From the NCBI GenBank assembly GCA_003245785.1, contig QKCE01000155.1:1-45930 (forward strand): DNA of 45,930 nt. The letters run 5' to 3'. Shown here piece by piece: positions 1 to 9,371 of this stretch. The notes under the pieces were generated by a model. That model saw nothing but the letters and a program-made list of their open reading frames with translations, made no database searches and had not been told where the DNA came from. The translations under genes and the position numbers were made by a program. Within the stretch, counting starts at the first letter, position 1, and each line of letters starts with the position of its first letter. This DNA is from Spirochaetales bacterium. GTDB taxonomy: Bacteria; Spirochaetota; Spirochaetia; Treponematales; Treponemataceae.

Positions 1-2
1 GT

Positions 3-1604
3 GGCGCCGCGCTTCAACTCGTGGCCTTCCTGAACAGGAAGGGCCGGGTCCCGGGGCTCATCGCCATGGTAACCGCCATGACGGCCGCCCTCGGGACGCT
101 CCTCGCGGCGCGGACCGCCTTCGAGTTCTTCGCGGGCTGGGAATTGATGACCCTCGCGTCGTTCTTCCTGGTCGCCCGCGGAAGGAGGGCCAGCTCCGCC
201 TCGCTCGCCTACGTCGTTTTCTCCCTCGGCTCGGCCTTCCTGATCCTCGCGGGACTCGCGCTGCTTCCCGCCGGGGCGGACCTCCGGGAGTTGGGCGCCG
301 CTCTCTTCGAGAGCCATGCCGTTCCCCCCCATATTCTCGCGTCCGGCATACTCGTCGCCCTCGGAATAATGATAAAGGCCGGGGCCCTCGGGCTCCATAC
401 CTGGCTTCCCCCGGCCTACGCGGAAGCGGAAGACGACGTCAGCTCCCTGCTGAGCTCGGTGCTCAGCAAGGCCGCGATATTCGCGCTCTTCCTCACCGCC
501 GGCCTTTTCGTGCACCCCCTGTTCGGCGATACGCTCGGGGGCGCGCTGCGCGCGATCGACGTCGCCCAACTCCTCGGATGGCTCGGCGTCGCGACGGCGG
601 TGGCGGGCGCCATGATGGCCCTCTTCCAGGAGGACATCAAGTATACCCTCGCCTATTCCTCCATGGGACAGCTTGGCTACATGATCCTTTCCTTCGCCGC
701 GATGTCCCATCTCGGCTGGGTATCCGCGCTCTACCTCGCGCTCACGCACCTCATGTTCAAGGGAATGCTGTGGCTCGCCGTGGCGGGCGTGATACTCCGG
801 GTGAACACGAGGATGATGTACCGCATGGGCGGCCTCATCAAGCGGATGCCCTTCAGCTTCCTGTCCGCGCTCATCGGCATCATCGCCCTTTCGGGCGTGC
901 CGCCCCTGACCGGCTTCGGGGCGAAGTGGCTCATGTACACCGCGCTCATGGAAAAGGGCTGGTACCTCCAGACCGCCCTCGCCATGTTCTCCTCCGGCGT
1001 CGCCTTCCTCTACCTGTTCCGGCTCATCCACTCGATCTTCCTCGGCCAGCTTAAGGAAGAGCACCGCGAGGTCCGCGAGGCGCCGCTGACGATTCTCGTC
1101 CCGCAGGCGGTATTCATGGTCGCCATTTTCGCGCTGTCCATGTTCCCGAACCTCCTGGTCAAGCCCCTCCAGGCCGCGGTCGAACCCTGGTTCGCGTCCA
1201 CGGTCCAATGGAACGGTTACGAGGTAATCTCGAGCCTCGGGTACTGGAACGGGAACGCGGTCATGTATATCGTCATGGCCATCTTCATTACGCTCCTGGC
1301 CTGGCTCATCTTCGTGAACGGCCATACCTACTGGGTGAGGCAGTTCAACATCGTGTTCGCCGCCGAGAGGCCCTACAAGCCCGACACGACGCACTACGCG
1401 TTCAACTTCTTCGGCCACTACCGGAAGGCCCTGGGGGGGCTCGTCGCCCCGCAGGCGAGGAAGTTCTGGAACGGTTCGGCCCGCGCGGCGGTACACCTTT
1501 CCGATGCCCTCAGGCGATGGAATACGGGAAACCCGCAGGCCTACGCGCTCCAGATGGTGCTCTATCTCGTGGTCGTCATTTCAATCCTGAAGGGAGGCAT
1601 CTGA
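3..1604 (+). CDS. Proton/Na+-conducting membrane subunit (MrpA/MrpD-NuoL family, MbxH'-like) of an MBX/MBS-type complex; 5'-partial
   Basis: Frame is open from position 3 (GAALQLV...). Highly hydrophobic, with antiporter-like motifs FFAGWELM, IKAG..LHTWLPPAYAEA, LAYSSMGQLGY, HLMFKG and GVPPLTGF..KW. Confidence 0.9.
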   Translation, partial: GAALQLVAFLNRKGRVPGLIAMVTAMTAALGTLLAARTAFEFFAGWELMTLASFFLVARGRRASSASLAYVVFSLGSAFLILAGLALLPAGADLRELGAALFESHAVPPHILASGILVALGIMIKAGALGLHTWLPPAYAEAEDDVSSLLSSVLSKAAIFALFLTAGLFVHPLFGDTLGGALRAIDVAQLLGWLGVATAVAGAMMALFQEDIKYTLAYSSMGQLGYMILSFAAMSHLGWVSALYLALTHLMFKGMLWLAVAGVILRVNTRMMYRMGGLIKRMPFSFLSALIGIIALSGVPPLTGFGAKWLMYTALMEKGWYLQTALAMFSSGVAFLYLFRLIHSIFLGQLKEEHREVREAPLTILVPQAVFMVAIFALSMFPNLLVKPLQAAVEPWFASTVQWNGYEVISSLGYWNGNAVMYIVMAIFITLLAWLIFVNGHTYWVRQFNIVFAAERPYKPDTTHYAFNFFGHYRKALGGLVAPQARKFWNGSARAAVHLSDALRRWNTGNPQAYALQMVLYLVVVISILKGGI

Positions 1605-1605
1605 C

Positions 1606-2556
1606 ATGTCCCGCATCCTGATCAAGGCCGCATACCTGGCCATCTCCCTCCTGGTAATCCTCAATTACTCCCTGGTGCTCATAGGTACCATGGCGCGAAT
1701 CCGGGCGAAGGTGCAGGGCCGCGTGGGCCAACCGTTTTATCAGCCCTATATCGACATCTTCAAGAGCTACGGAAAGCGGACCAACATATCCCACGGCGTC
1801 ATGTTCTACCTGGGGCCCGTATTCCGCCTGGCCGGCGGCGTGGGCACGTACCTCTTTATCCCGGCGCTTTTCGGTTCCGTCGTGTTCGCCAACCTGAGCT
1901 TCTCGGGCGACCTCCTCCTCGTGATGTACTTCATCTTCTTCGGCCAGCTCGGCATGGCGCTCGGCGCGGGCGAATCGGGCCACCCCCACGCGCCGCTCGG
2001 CGTAGCCCGGGGCCTCGCGCAGATGACGGCTTTCGAGCTTCCCTTCGCGCTCTCCGTGATCGCCCTCGCGGCCCAGTACGGTACCTTTTCCATCACCGGG
2101 ATCGTCGCTGGGCAGCAGGGCGGCTGGCAGCACTGGGCGGCATTTACCAACCCCCTCGCGATGATGGCGGGCATGCTCGCCTTCCTGGGCATGAGCATGA
2201 ACAACCCGTTCTCGGTCGTCATCGCCCCCCAGGAAATCCCGATCGGGCCGCCGACGGAAGTGCAGTCGGGGGCGCTCGGCATGCTGCAGACGAATCGCGC
2301 GATTTTCAACGGCGCCAAGATGGTGCTTTTCATGAACCTGTTCTGGGGCGGCAGCGCCGTCGCGGATCCAGGCCCCGTCGCGCACCTGGCCGCGATCGGC
2401 GTGATGGTGGTCAAGACTTTCCTGATCTACCTCTACGTGACGATCGTGGGCGCGAGCTTCCCGAGGTTCCGCACCGAACAGTCGATCCGATTCTTCCTCG
2501 GCGTGCCCACGGCGCTCGGGGTCGCGGCCGTGATTTGGCAGATGATTCAAGGGTAA
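1606..2556 (+). CDS. nuoH: Complex I subunit 1 family membrane protein (NuoH-like, MbxM)
   Basis: RAKVQGRVG..QPYIDIFK, about 8 hydrophobic segments, C-terminal PRFRTEQ; starts 1 nt after the upstream stop. Confidence 0.9.
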   Translation: MSRILIKAAYLAISLLVILNYSLVLIGTMARIRAKVQGRVGQPFYQPYIDIFKSYGKRTNISHGVMFYLGPVFRLAGGVGTYLFIPALFGSVVFANLSFSGDLLLVMYFIFFGQLGMALGAGESGHPHAPLGVARGLAQMTAFELPFALSVIALAAQYGTFSITGIVAGQQGGWQHWAAFTNPLAMMAGMLAFLGMSMNNPFSVVIAPQEIPIGPPTEVQSGALGMLQTNRAIFNGAKMVLFMNLFWGGSAVADPGPVAHLAAIGVMVVKTFLIYLYVTIVGASFPRFRTEQSIRFFLGVPTALGVAAVIWQMIQG

Positions 2557-2565
2557 GGACTAAAA

Positions 2566-3333
2566 ATGAGCGAATTAACCGACATGACGCCGGAAACGGC
2601 GAGCGAATGGGGGGAGAGCGGGGCCCCGAAGGGAACCCCGGTCCGCAACCCCGATCCCCGGACGATTCCCGGGGGACCGCAGGCCGACGACAAGACGGCC
2701 GGCACCCTCAAGCTCCTGAACGACGAACTCAGGCTGATCAACGCCGACATGGAAGAAGGGGACCGTTACGCGTTTTGCGACCAAAAGCCCGACGTGATAA
2801 AGCCCTTCCGCGGCTTTTGGGAAGACTTCCTCAACTGGGCGCGGAGCGAGAGCCTCTGGATTCTCGGCTTCGGCACCGGCTGCGGCGCCGTCGAGCTCCG
2901 GCCCCTCATGACAAGCCGCTTCGACATGTACCGCTACGGTATCCAGGCGCGGCCCACCCCGCGGCAAAGCTCGGTCTTCGTCATCGGAGGCTACGCCTCG
3001 GTGAAGACCGTGAAACGGATCGTGCGCTCCTACGAGCAGATGCAGGGACCGAAATTCGTCATCGCCCTCGGCAGCTGCACGATCAACGGCGGCATGTACT
3101 GGGACAGCTACAACACGATCAACCGCATCGACCACTACATCCCGGTCGACGTGTACATCGCCGGCTGCATGCCGCGCCCCGAGGCGCTCCTCGCGGGCTT
3201 CAAGACACTTAAAAGCCTGATCAAACAGGGCAAGGGCGAGGGTGCCAACCGGTACGCCGAGCATTTCGAATGGTACAAGGCCAACCAGAAGCGGATCATC
3301 CACGACTGGAACATGCCGGATTACAACTGGTAA
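2566..3333 (+). CDS. nuoB: NuoB-like Fe-S subunit (MbxJ)
   Basis: SLW..FGTGCGAVE, PTPRQS, YEQMQGPKFVIALGSCTINGG and IPVDVYIAGCMPRPE motifs. Confidence 0.92.
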   Translation: MSELTDMTPETASEWGESGAPKGTPVRNPDPRTIPGGPQADDKTAGTLKLLNDELRLINADMEEGDRYAFCDQKPDVIKPFRGFWEDFLNWARSESLWILGFGTGCGAVELRPLMTSRFDMYRYGIQARPTPRQSSVFVIGGYASVKTVKRIVRSYEQMQGPKFVIALGSCTINGGMYWDSYNTINRIDHYIPVDVYIAGCMPRPEALLAGFKTLKSLIKQGKGEGANRYAEHFEWYKANQKRIIHDWNMPDYNW

Positions 3334-3343
3334 GGGGCGAAAC

Positions 3344-3919
3344 ATGAACGAAACGGACGTTATCCTTCAGGAGCTCCAAAGCCGGTTCGGCGGCAAGGCT
3401 CCCGAAAAGGTTCTCGATGATCAGGCCTATATCGAATTGCCGAAAGACCGGGCGGTCCCCGCGATTACCTGGCTCAAGGAAATCAGGGGCTTCGGGCACC
3501 TCGCGTTTTTCACCTGCGTCGACTACGTGGAGGAAGACCGCTTTCAGCTCCTCTACATGCTCCATTCCTACGCGCTGGATTTCGACCTCGGCCTCAACGT
3601 GACCCTCCCCCGCCAGTCGGGTTGGGAAAACGGCAAGCCCCTGCCCGTCGAGATGGACGGCATCCACCACCTTTGGCCCGCGGCCGCGACCTACCAGAGG
3701 GAACTCCGCGAGATGTTCGGCGTGACCTTCCCGGGCAGCCCGAGGGTGAACGACGACTTCGCCCTCGAGGGCTGGACCGAGATGCCCCCGATGCGGCGCG
3801 ATTTCGACACCAGGGAATACAGCGAGAAGACCTATTACGCGCGGCCCGGGCGGACCAAGACCGACAACCGCCAGGCGCTCAAGGACAAACTCTACCCCAG
3901 CGAGGCGGAAACATGGTAA
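3344..3919 (+). CDS. nuoC: NuoC-like subunit (MbxK)
   Basis: TCVDY, LWPAA..YQRELREMFGVTFPG and PPMRRDF. Start moved to ATG 3344 (AAGGGG upstream, 10 nt after the nuoB stop). Confidence 0.88.
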   Translation: MNETDVILQELQSRFGGKAPEKVLDDQAYIELPKDRAVPAITWLKEIRGFGHLAFFTCVDYVEEDRFQLLYMLHSYALDFDLGLNVTLPRQSGWENGKPLPVEMDGIHHLWPAAATYQRELREMFGVTFPGSPRVNDDFALEGWTEMPPMRRDFDTREYSEKTYYARPGRTKTDNRQALKDKLYPSEAETW

Positions 3920-5151
3920 GCCAAGTCAGGAACAAGCCGGCCATCGAGGGCCGGAAGGTGGAGCTCTTCCACCGGAACCAGGACCACATAAACGACAATC
4001 CGCTGCTTCCGCCGATCGTCGACGGCAAGGCCAAATTCGACCTCAGGAGCGGCAAGTACCTCAAGACATGGCAGGGTCCCCAGCACCCCGGCATCACGGG
4101 AAACATGTCGCTCGAACTCGTCATCGCGGGCGACGAGATCGTGGAATGCAAAACCCACGTGGGTTACCTCCATCGCGGTTTCGAGAAAATCATGGAGCGG
4201 CGAAAGTACATACAGTGCTTCCCCGTGGTGTGCCGCATCGCGGTGCCCGAGCCGGACTTCAACGAATACCTCTTCGCGGAGACCCTCGAGCGCCTGGCAG
4301 GCGTCGAGGCTCCCGAGCGCGCCCAATGGATACGCACCATGCAGCTCGAGATGGCCCGCCTCGCGAGCTTCTTTATGTGGCTCGGCGGCCAGGGCGGCGC
4401 CTTCGGGGTGCAGACCCAGGGACAGTGGACCGTGACCATGCGCGACTATATCCTCGACCGCTTCGAGGAGCTTACCGGCGGGCGTATCTACCACATGTAC
4501 ATGATACCCGGCGGGGTCCGCGCGGACTTCCCCGAAGGCTTCGAGGACAGGCTCAGGGAAACCCTCGACCTCTGCGAGAGAACCCTCGACGACGTCGAGC
4601 GCACGATGTTCCACAACGCGGTGTTCAAGCTCCGCGCGAAGGGCCTCGGCGTGATCAATCCACATATCGTCGAGGAGTTCGGGATTACGGGACCCAATGC
4701 CCGCGCTGCCGGCTGGAAACGCGACCTCCGGAAGGACAGGCCCTACGGGGTCTATGACAGGCTCGATTTCGAGGTTATTACGCGCACCGAGTCGGACGCC
4801 TACGCCCGCGCCGAGGTCCGCCTCGAGGAAATGTACCTCTCGATCCGCCTCATCCGCCAGATCCTCGACCGCATGCCGAAGGACGGCCCGTTTTTCTCGC
4901 CGCTCCCGAACCCGCTGCACTGGAACGTGCCGAAGGGCAGGATTTACCTGAAGTCCGAATGTACCCGGGGCGAATACGGTTACTACCTCGAGTCCGACGG
5001 CTCGGATAAGCCCCGCCGCATTTACGTGCGCGGGCCGAGCTATACCCACGCGGTGAGCCTGATGGAACACCTTTCCATCGGCTGCAACATCGCCGACACG
5101 GCGGGGCTCATGGTGAGCCTTCATACCTATCCCCCGGAAGTTGAGAGGTAA
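3913..5151 (+). CDS. nuoD: NuoD-like large subunit without NiFe ligands (MbxL)
   Basis: GPQHPG, GYLHRGFEK, TGGRI..Y..PGGVRAD, ECTRGE.GYY and RGPSY motifs. Start ATG 3913 (GAGG upstream) overlaps the nuoC end. Confidence 0.9.
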   Translation: MVSQVRNKPAIEGRKVELFHRNQDHINDNPLLPPIVDGKAKFDLRSGKYLKTWQGPQHPGITGNMSLELVIAGDEIVECKTHVGYLHRGFEKIMERRKYIQCFPVVCRIAVPEPDFNEYLFAETLERLAGVEAPERAQWIRTMQLEMARLASFFMWLGGQGGAFGVQTQGQWTVTMRDYILDRFEELTGGRIYHMYMIPGGVRADFPEGFEDRLRETLDLCERTLDDVERTMFHNAVFKLRAKGLGVINPHIVEEFGITGPNARAAGWKRDLRKDRPYGVYDRLDFEVITRTESDAYARAEVRLEEMYLSIRLIRQILDRMPKDGPFFSPLPNPLHWNVPKGRIYLKSECTRGEYGYYLESDGSDKPRRIYVRGPSYTHAVSLMEHLSIGCNIADTAGLMVSLHTYPPEVER

Positions 5152-5154
5152 GCG

Positions 5155-6942
5155 ATGAGTTTGAGAGACATAATCCAGCCGTTCACGGTATGGAAGAGGG
5201 CGCTGGACAAGCCCTATACGTCGATGAAGCCGCTCGAGGAGCGCCCCGGCGCGCCCCGCTACCGAGGTTTCCATATCAACGATCCCGACAAGTGCATCGG
5301 CTGCGGCACCTGCGAGGGCATCTGCCAGAACGAGGCGATCGATCTCGTGCCCGTAGTGGGCCGAGAGCCAAGGCACGGAGATTCAGGCCTCAGGCCTAAA
5401 ATCGACTACGGGCGCTGCTGCTGGTGCGCCCTCTGCGTGGACGTATGCCCCACCTCGTCCCTCGGGATGTCGAACGAGTACGTGTGGGTCGACTCCGACC
5501 CCGCCGCCTTCCAGTTCGTGCCGGGCGTCGACGACAAGCCCTGGAACGGCTCGAAGCTCGGCTACCGGCGGGCGAAGGGATACGACCTCCTTACCCCCGA
5601 CCGCGTGGACATGCCGATGCTTTCCTTCGAGGAAAGCCAAAAGAGCTTCGTGGAGATGGTCCGGGGTTTCTCGAAGGAACAGGCAAAGAAGGAAGCGGAC
5701 CGCTGCATAGAGTGCGGCATCTGCGTCGCGACCTGTCCCGCCCACATGGACGTGCCCGCCTATATCGCCGCGATCCGCGACGACGACCTGAACGAGGGCC
5801 TCCGAATCGTCTACGAGGCGAATCCCCTCCCCGCTTCCTGCGGCCGAATCTGCTCCCACGCCTGCGAATACGTGTGCGCCATGCGGCACCGGGGCGACGC
5901 GATCTCGATCCGCTGGCTCAAGCGCTACATCGTGGACCAGATTTACGCGGGAGACTACCGGAAGACCCTCAAGACCGCGGAAGCCGACAACGGCAAGAAG
6001 ATAGCGGTCATCGGTTCCGGTCCCGGCGGCCTCGGCGCGGCGTATTATTTGCGCATGCTCGGCTACGGGGTTGAGATCTTCGACTCGAACGACAAGCCGG
6101 GTGGCATGCTCCGCTACGGCATCCCGGAGTACCGCCTGCCCTACGAACAGCTCGACAAGGACGTGAAATACATCGAAAGCCTCGACGTGAAGATCAACCA
6201 GAACGTCAGGATCGGTAAAGACATTTCCTTCGAAAAACTGTACAGTGGTTTCGACGCCCTGTTCTTCTCGACCGGCCTCACCAAGCCCTACGGCCTGGAG
6301 ATTCCCGGCGAGGACCTGCCGGGCGTAATGGACGGGCTCAAGATCCTGGACGACGTGACGAAGGGCATAAAGCCCGACGTCGGCGATTCCGTGGTCGTCG
6401 TCGGCGGCGGTAACGTCGCGATGGACGCCGCCCGCACGAGCCGCCGCTTCGGCTGCGACGTGACTATCCTCTATCGCCGCCGCGAGGAAGACATGCCCGC
6501 GGACGCCGAGGAGATCCACGAAAGCAGGGGCGAAGGCGTCGAGCTGGTCACCCAGGCAATCCCGCTCCGGGTGGAGAAAGGCACGACGAAGCGGCTCCGC
6601 ATGGTCTGGGGCAAGGCCGAGATGGTACCGGACCCGAGGGGCGGCCGCCCGGTTCCCCGACTGATCGAAGGAAGCGAGGAAACCGTCGAGTGCGATACGA
6701 TAGTCGCGGCCATCGGGCAGGGCGCCGATTTCGGTTTCCTCCCGGAGAACGTGACCGCGCGCCTGAAGTTCGCGAAGGGCATGGTCGCGGTGAACGAGTT
6801 CAAGCAGACCGACGACCCGAAAATCTTCGCGGGCGGAGACATCGCGAACCAGAAGCGCGACGCCATATCGGCGATCGCGAACGGCCATTCCGCGGCGAAG
6901 GGAATCGATATATACCTCACGAATTTCAAGGACGAAGCATGA
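5155..6942 (+). CDS. Fusion of a NuoI/MbxN-like 2x[4Fe-4S] domain and a GltD/NfnB-family FAD/NAD(P)H oxidoreductase
   Basis: N-terminal RYRGFH, CIGCGTCEGIC and CCWCALCVDVCP; then CIECGICVATCP, CGRIC..ACEYVC, GSGPGG, YGIPEYRL, GGGNVAMD..YRR and FAGGD. Confidence 0.9.
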   Translation: MSLRDIIQPFTVWKRALDKPYTSMKPLEERPGAPRYRGFHINDPDKCIGCGTCEGICQNEAIDLVPVVGREPRHGDSGLRPKIDYGRCCWCALCVDVCPTSSLGMSNEYVWVDSDPAAFQFVPGVDDKPWNGSKLGYRRAKGYDLLTPDRVDMPMLSFEESQKSFVEMVRGFSKEQAKKEADRCIECGICVATCPAHMDVPAYIAAIRDDDLNEGLRIVYEANPLPASCGRICSHACEYVCAMRHRGDAISIRWLKRYIVDQIYAGDYRKTLKTAEADNGKKIAVIGSGPGGLGAAYYLRMLGYGVEIFDSNDKPGGMLRYGIPEYRLPYEQLDKDVKYIESLDVKINQNVRIGKDISFEKLYSGFDALFFSTGLTKPYGLEIPGEDLPGVMDGLKILDDVTKGIKPDVGDSVVVVGGGNVAMDAARTSRRFGCDVTILYRRREEDMPADAEEIHESRGEGVELVTQAIPLRVEKGTTKRLRMVWGKAEMVPDPRGGRPVPRLIEGSEETVECDTIVAAIGQGADFGFLPENVTARLKFAKGMVAVNEFKQTDDPKIFAGGDIANQKRDAISAIANGHSAAKGIDIYLTNFKDEA

Positions 6943-7793
6943 CCAAAACGCCACACGTCATAGTAGACCGAAAGCAGCTTTCGGCGGACGTCTACCGGCT
7001 CACCTTCAAGGCCCCCTACATCGTGGAGGCCCGGAAAGCCGGACAGTTCATCATTATCCAGATCGACGGCGATTTCGGCGAGCGTATCCCGCTCACCATA
7101 GCCGACGCGGACGAGACGCGAGGGACCGTCACCGTCATCTTCCAGGCCGTGGGAAAGACTACCATGAAGCTCGCGGAGAAAAAGATCGGCGACGAGCTCG
7201 CGAACGTGCTCGGGCCCCTCGGACGGCCCACGGACGTCCATAACGTGGGCAACGTGGTGTGCGTGGGGGGAGGAATCGGCGTGGCGCCGCTCCACCCCAT
7301 CGTGCAGGCCATGAAACAGGCCGGCAACCGCGTGACCGTCATCATGGGCGCCCGTAACAAGGACCTGTTGATACTCGAGGACGAGATGAAAAAATGGGCG
7401 GACGAGGTCATCGTCTGCACCGACGACGGCAGCTACGGACGCAAGGATCTCGTGACCGTGCCCCTCAAGGAACTCTGCGAGACCGGTACCGTGAACGAGG
7501 TCGTGGCGATCGGGCCCCCGATCATGATGAAGTTCTGCGCCTCGACCACCAAGCCCTACGGGGTCCACACCATGGTCAGCCTCAACACGATCATGGTTGA
7601 CGGCACGGGCATGTGCGGCGGCTGCCGCGTGAACGTGGGGGGCGAAACGAAGTTCGTGTGCGTGGACGGCCCCGAATTCGACGGCCATCTGGTCGATTTC
7701 GATAACATGATGCTCCGGCTCAAATCCTACAAGCCGCAGGAAACCGAGGCGGCGCACAATTGCAGAATCGGCCTTGACGGGGGGAAACGATGA
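6939..7793 (+). CDS. nfnA: NfnA/SudB: sulfide/dihydroorotate dehydrogenase-like FAD/NAD-binding [2Fe-2S] subunit
   Basis: GQFIII..GERIPLTIAD, GPLG.P, GGGIGVAP and MVDGTGMCGGCRV..FVCVDGPEFD. ATGA overlap with the previous stop at 6939-6942. Confidence 0.92.
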   Translation: MTKTPHVIVDRKQLSADVYRLTFKAPYIVEARKAGQFIIIQIDGDFGERIPLTIADADETRGTVTVIFQAVGKTTMKLAEKKIGDELANVLGPLGRPTDVHNVGNVVCVGGGIGVAPLHPIVQAMKQAGNRVTVIMGARNKDLLILEDEMKKWADEVIVCTDDGSYGRKDLVTVPLKELCETGTVNEVVAIGPPIMMKFCASTTKPYGVHTMVSLNTIMVDGTGMCGGCRVNVGGETKFVCVDGPEFDGHLVDFDNMMLRLKSYKPQETEAAHNCRIGLDGGKR

Positions 7794-9304
7794 GCGGAGG
7801 TCACGCATACAGGACAAAAGAAGAAATTGAGGCCCAGGCGATAAGGGTCTGGGGCGACATTTCCTCCCGCGAGGGCGGTCTTTCCAACAAGGACCGCGCC
7901 GCGATCCCCCAGATGGACATGCCCGCCCAGGACCCGGTCGCGCGGGGCAAGAACCAGAGAGAAGTGGCCCTCGGCTACACCGAGACAATGGCTCGGGTCG
8001 AGGCCTCGCGCTGCCTCGACTGCAAGAACAGGCCCTGCGTCTCCGGCTGCCCGGTCTCCATCGACATACCCGGCTTCGTGAAGCTCGCGGCGGAAGGCAA
8101 GTTCAGGGAATCCGTCGACCTGATCAAGGAATCGAGCCTCCTCCCCGCGGTCTGCGGACGCGTGTGCCCGCAGGAATCGCAGTGCATGGAACAGTGCACC
8201 GTGGGCAAGGTCGCGAAGGACAAAATGAAGTCGGTGGCCATCGGGCGCATCGAGCGCTACGTGGCGGACCGGGAGCGGGAGGAAGGCAAGGTAAGGCTTC
8301 CCGAAATCGCGACCGCGACCGGCTTCAAGGTCGGCATCATCGGATCCGGGCCCGCCGGGCTCACCGCCGCCGCGGACCTCCGCAAGGCCGGCCACGAGGT
8401 TACGGTATTCGAAGCCTTCCACAAGCCGGGGGGCGTCATGATTTACGGCATCCCCGAATTCCGCCTCCCGAAAGAAATCGTCCGCCAGGAAATATCATCG
8501 CTCGAGGCGATGGGCGTGGAATTTCACTATAACTTCCTCATCGGCCGCACGAGAACGATCGCGGACCTCCTCTCGAAGGACGGCTTCGACGCGCTCTTCG
8601 TCGGATCCGGCGCGGGGCTCCCGACCTTTATGCGCATCCCGGGCGAAAATTTCGTTGGGGTGTTCAGCGCCAACGAATACCTCACCCGCGCGAACCTCAT
8701 GAAAGCCTACGACCGGGAACGCGTCGACACCCCGATTTACGAGTCGAAAAGGGTCGCGGTGCTCGGCGGCGGCAACGTCGCTATGGACGCGGCGCGCATG
8801 GCGCTTCGCCTCGGCGCTGAGGAGGTAAACGTCATCTACCGCCGTACCCGCGACGAAATGCCCGCCCGCGCGGAAGAGATAGAGCACGCCATGGAAGAGG
8901 GAATCCGGTTCCACTTCCTCGCGAATCCCGTGGAAATCTTCGGGGACGAAAACGGCAAGGTGCGCGCCATCCGCTGCCAGCGCTACGAGCTCGGAGAACC
9001 GGACGATTCCGGCCGGCGGAAGCCGATCCCGGTCGAGGGCTCGGAGTTCGAGATGGAAATGGACACCGTCATCCCGGCCCTCGGAAACGTTTCCAACCCG
9101 CTGATCAAGCAGACTACGTCCGAGATCGAGACGAACAAGCGCGGAAACATCGTGGTCGACGGGGAGAACCGCACCTCGATGGCGCGGGTCTACGCGGGCG
9201 GGGACATCGTGCTCGGCGCGGCGACGGTAATCCTCGCCATGGGCGAGGGCCGCAAGGCCGCCGCGGCCATAACGCGCGATCTCGCGGAAAGGCGCTGGGG
9301 GTAA
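7790..9304 (+). CDS. nfnB: NfnB/SudA (often annotated as homotetrameric NADPH-dependent glutamate synthase GltA)
   Basis: EASRCLDC..PCVSGCPV, CGRVCPQESQC, IGRIER, GSGPAG, YGIPEFRLPK, SANEYLTRANL, GGGNVAMD and GGDIV.GAATVILAMGEG. ATGA overlap at 7790-7793. Confidence 0.92.
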   Translation: MSGGHAYRTKEEIEAQAIRVWGDISSREGGLSNKDRAAIPQMDMPAQDPVARGKNQREVALGYTETMARVEASRCLDCKNRPCVSGCPVSIDIPGFVKLAAEGKFRESVDLIKESSLLPAVCGRVCPQESQCMEQCTVGKVAKDKMKSVAIGRIERYVADREREEGKVRLPEIATATGFKVGIIGSGPAGLTAAADLRKAGHEVTVFEAFHKPGGVMIYGIPEFRLPKEIVRQEISSLEAMGVEFHYNFLIGRTRTIADLLSKDGFDALFVGSGAGLPTFMRIPGENFVGVFSANEYLTRANLMKAYDRERVDTPIYESKRVAVLGGGNVAMDAARMALRLGAEEVNVIYRRTRDEMPARAEEIEHAMEEGIRFHFLANPVEIFGDENGKVRAIRCQRYELGEPDDSGRRKPIPVEGSEFEMEMDTVIPALGNVSNPLIKQTTSEIETNKRGNIVVDGENRTSMARVYAGGDIVLGAATVILAMGEGRKAAAAITRDLAERRWG

Positions 9305-9371
9305 CGCCATCGACAACCTTGAACTGGCCGAGACGATCCGGAAGCGATTCGCCGACGCGCGTTGCCTTCAG

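Noticed and set aside
2566-5151. Group 4 NiFe hydrogenase (Ech/Mbh/Hyf) call
   Set aside because: The large subunit has neither RxCxxC nor DPCxxC, so it cannot bind NiFe in the known way.
5155-9304. Glutamate synthase call for the GltD-like ORFs
   Set aside because: No GltB large subunit in the window. Pairing with an NfnA/SudB subunit and fusion to a NuoI-like domain fit electron-transfer roles better.
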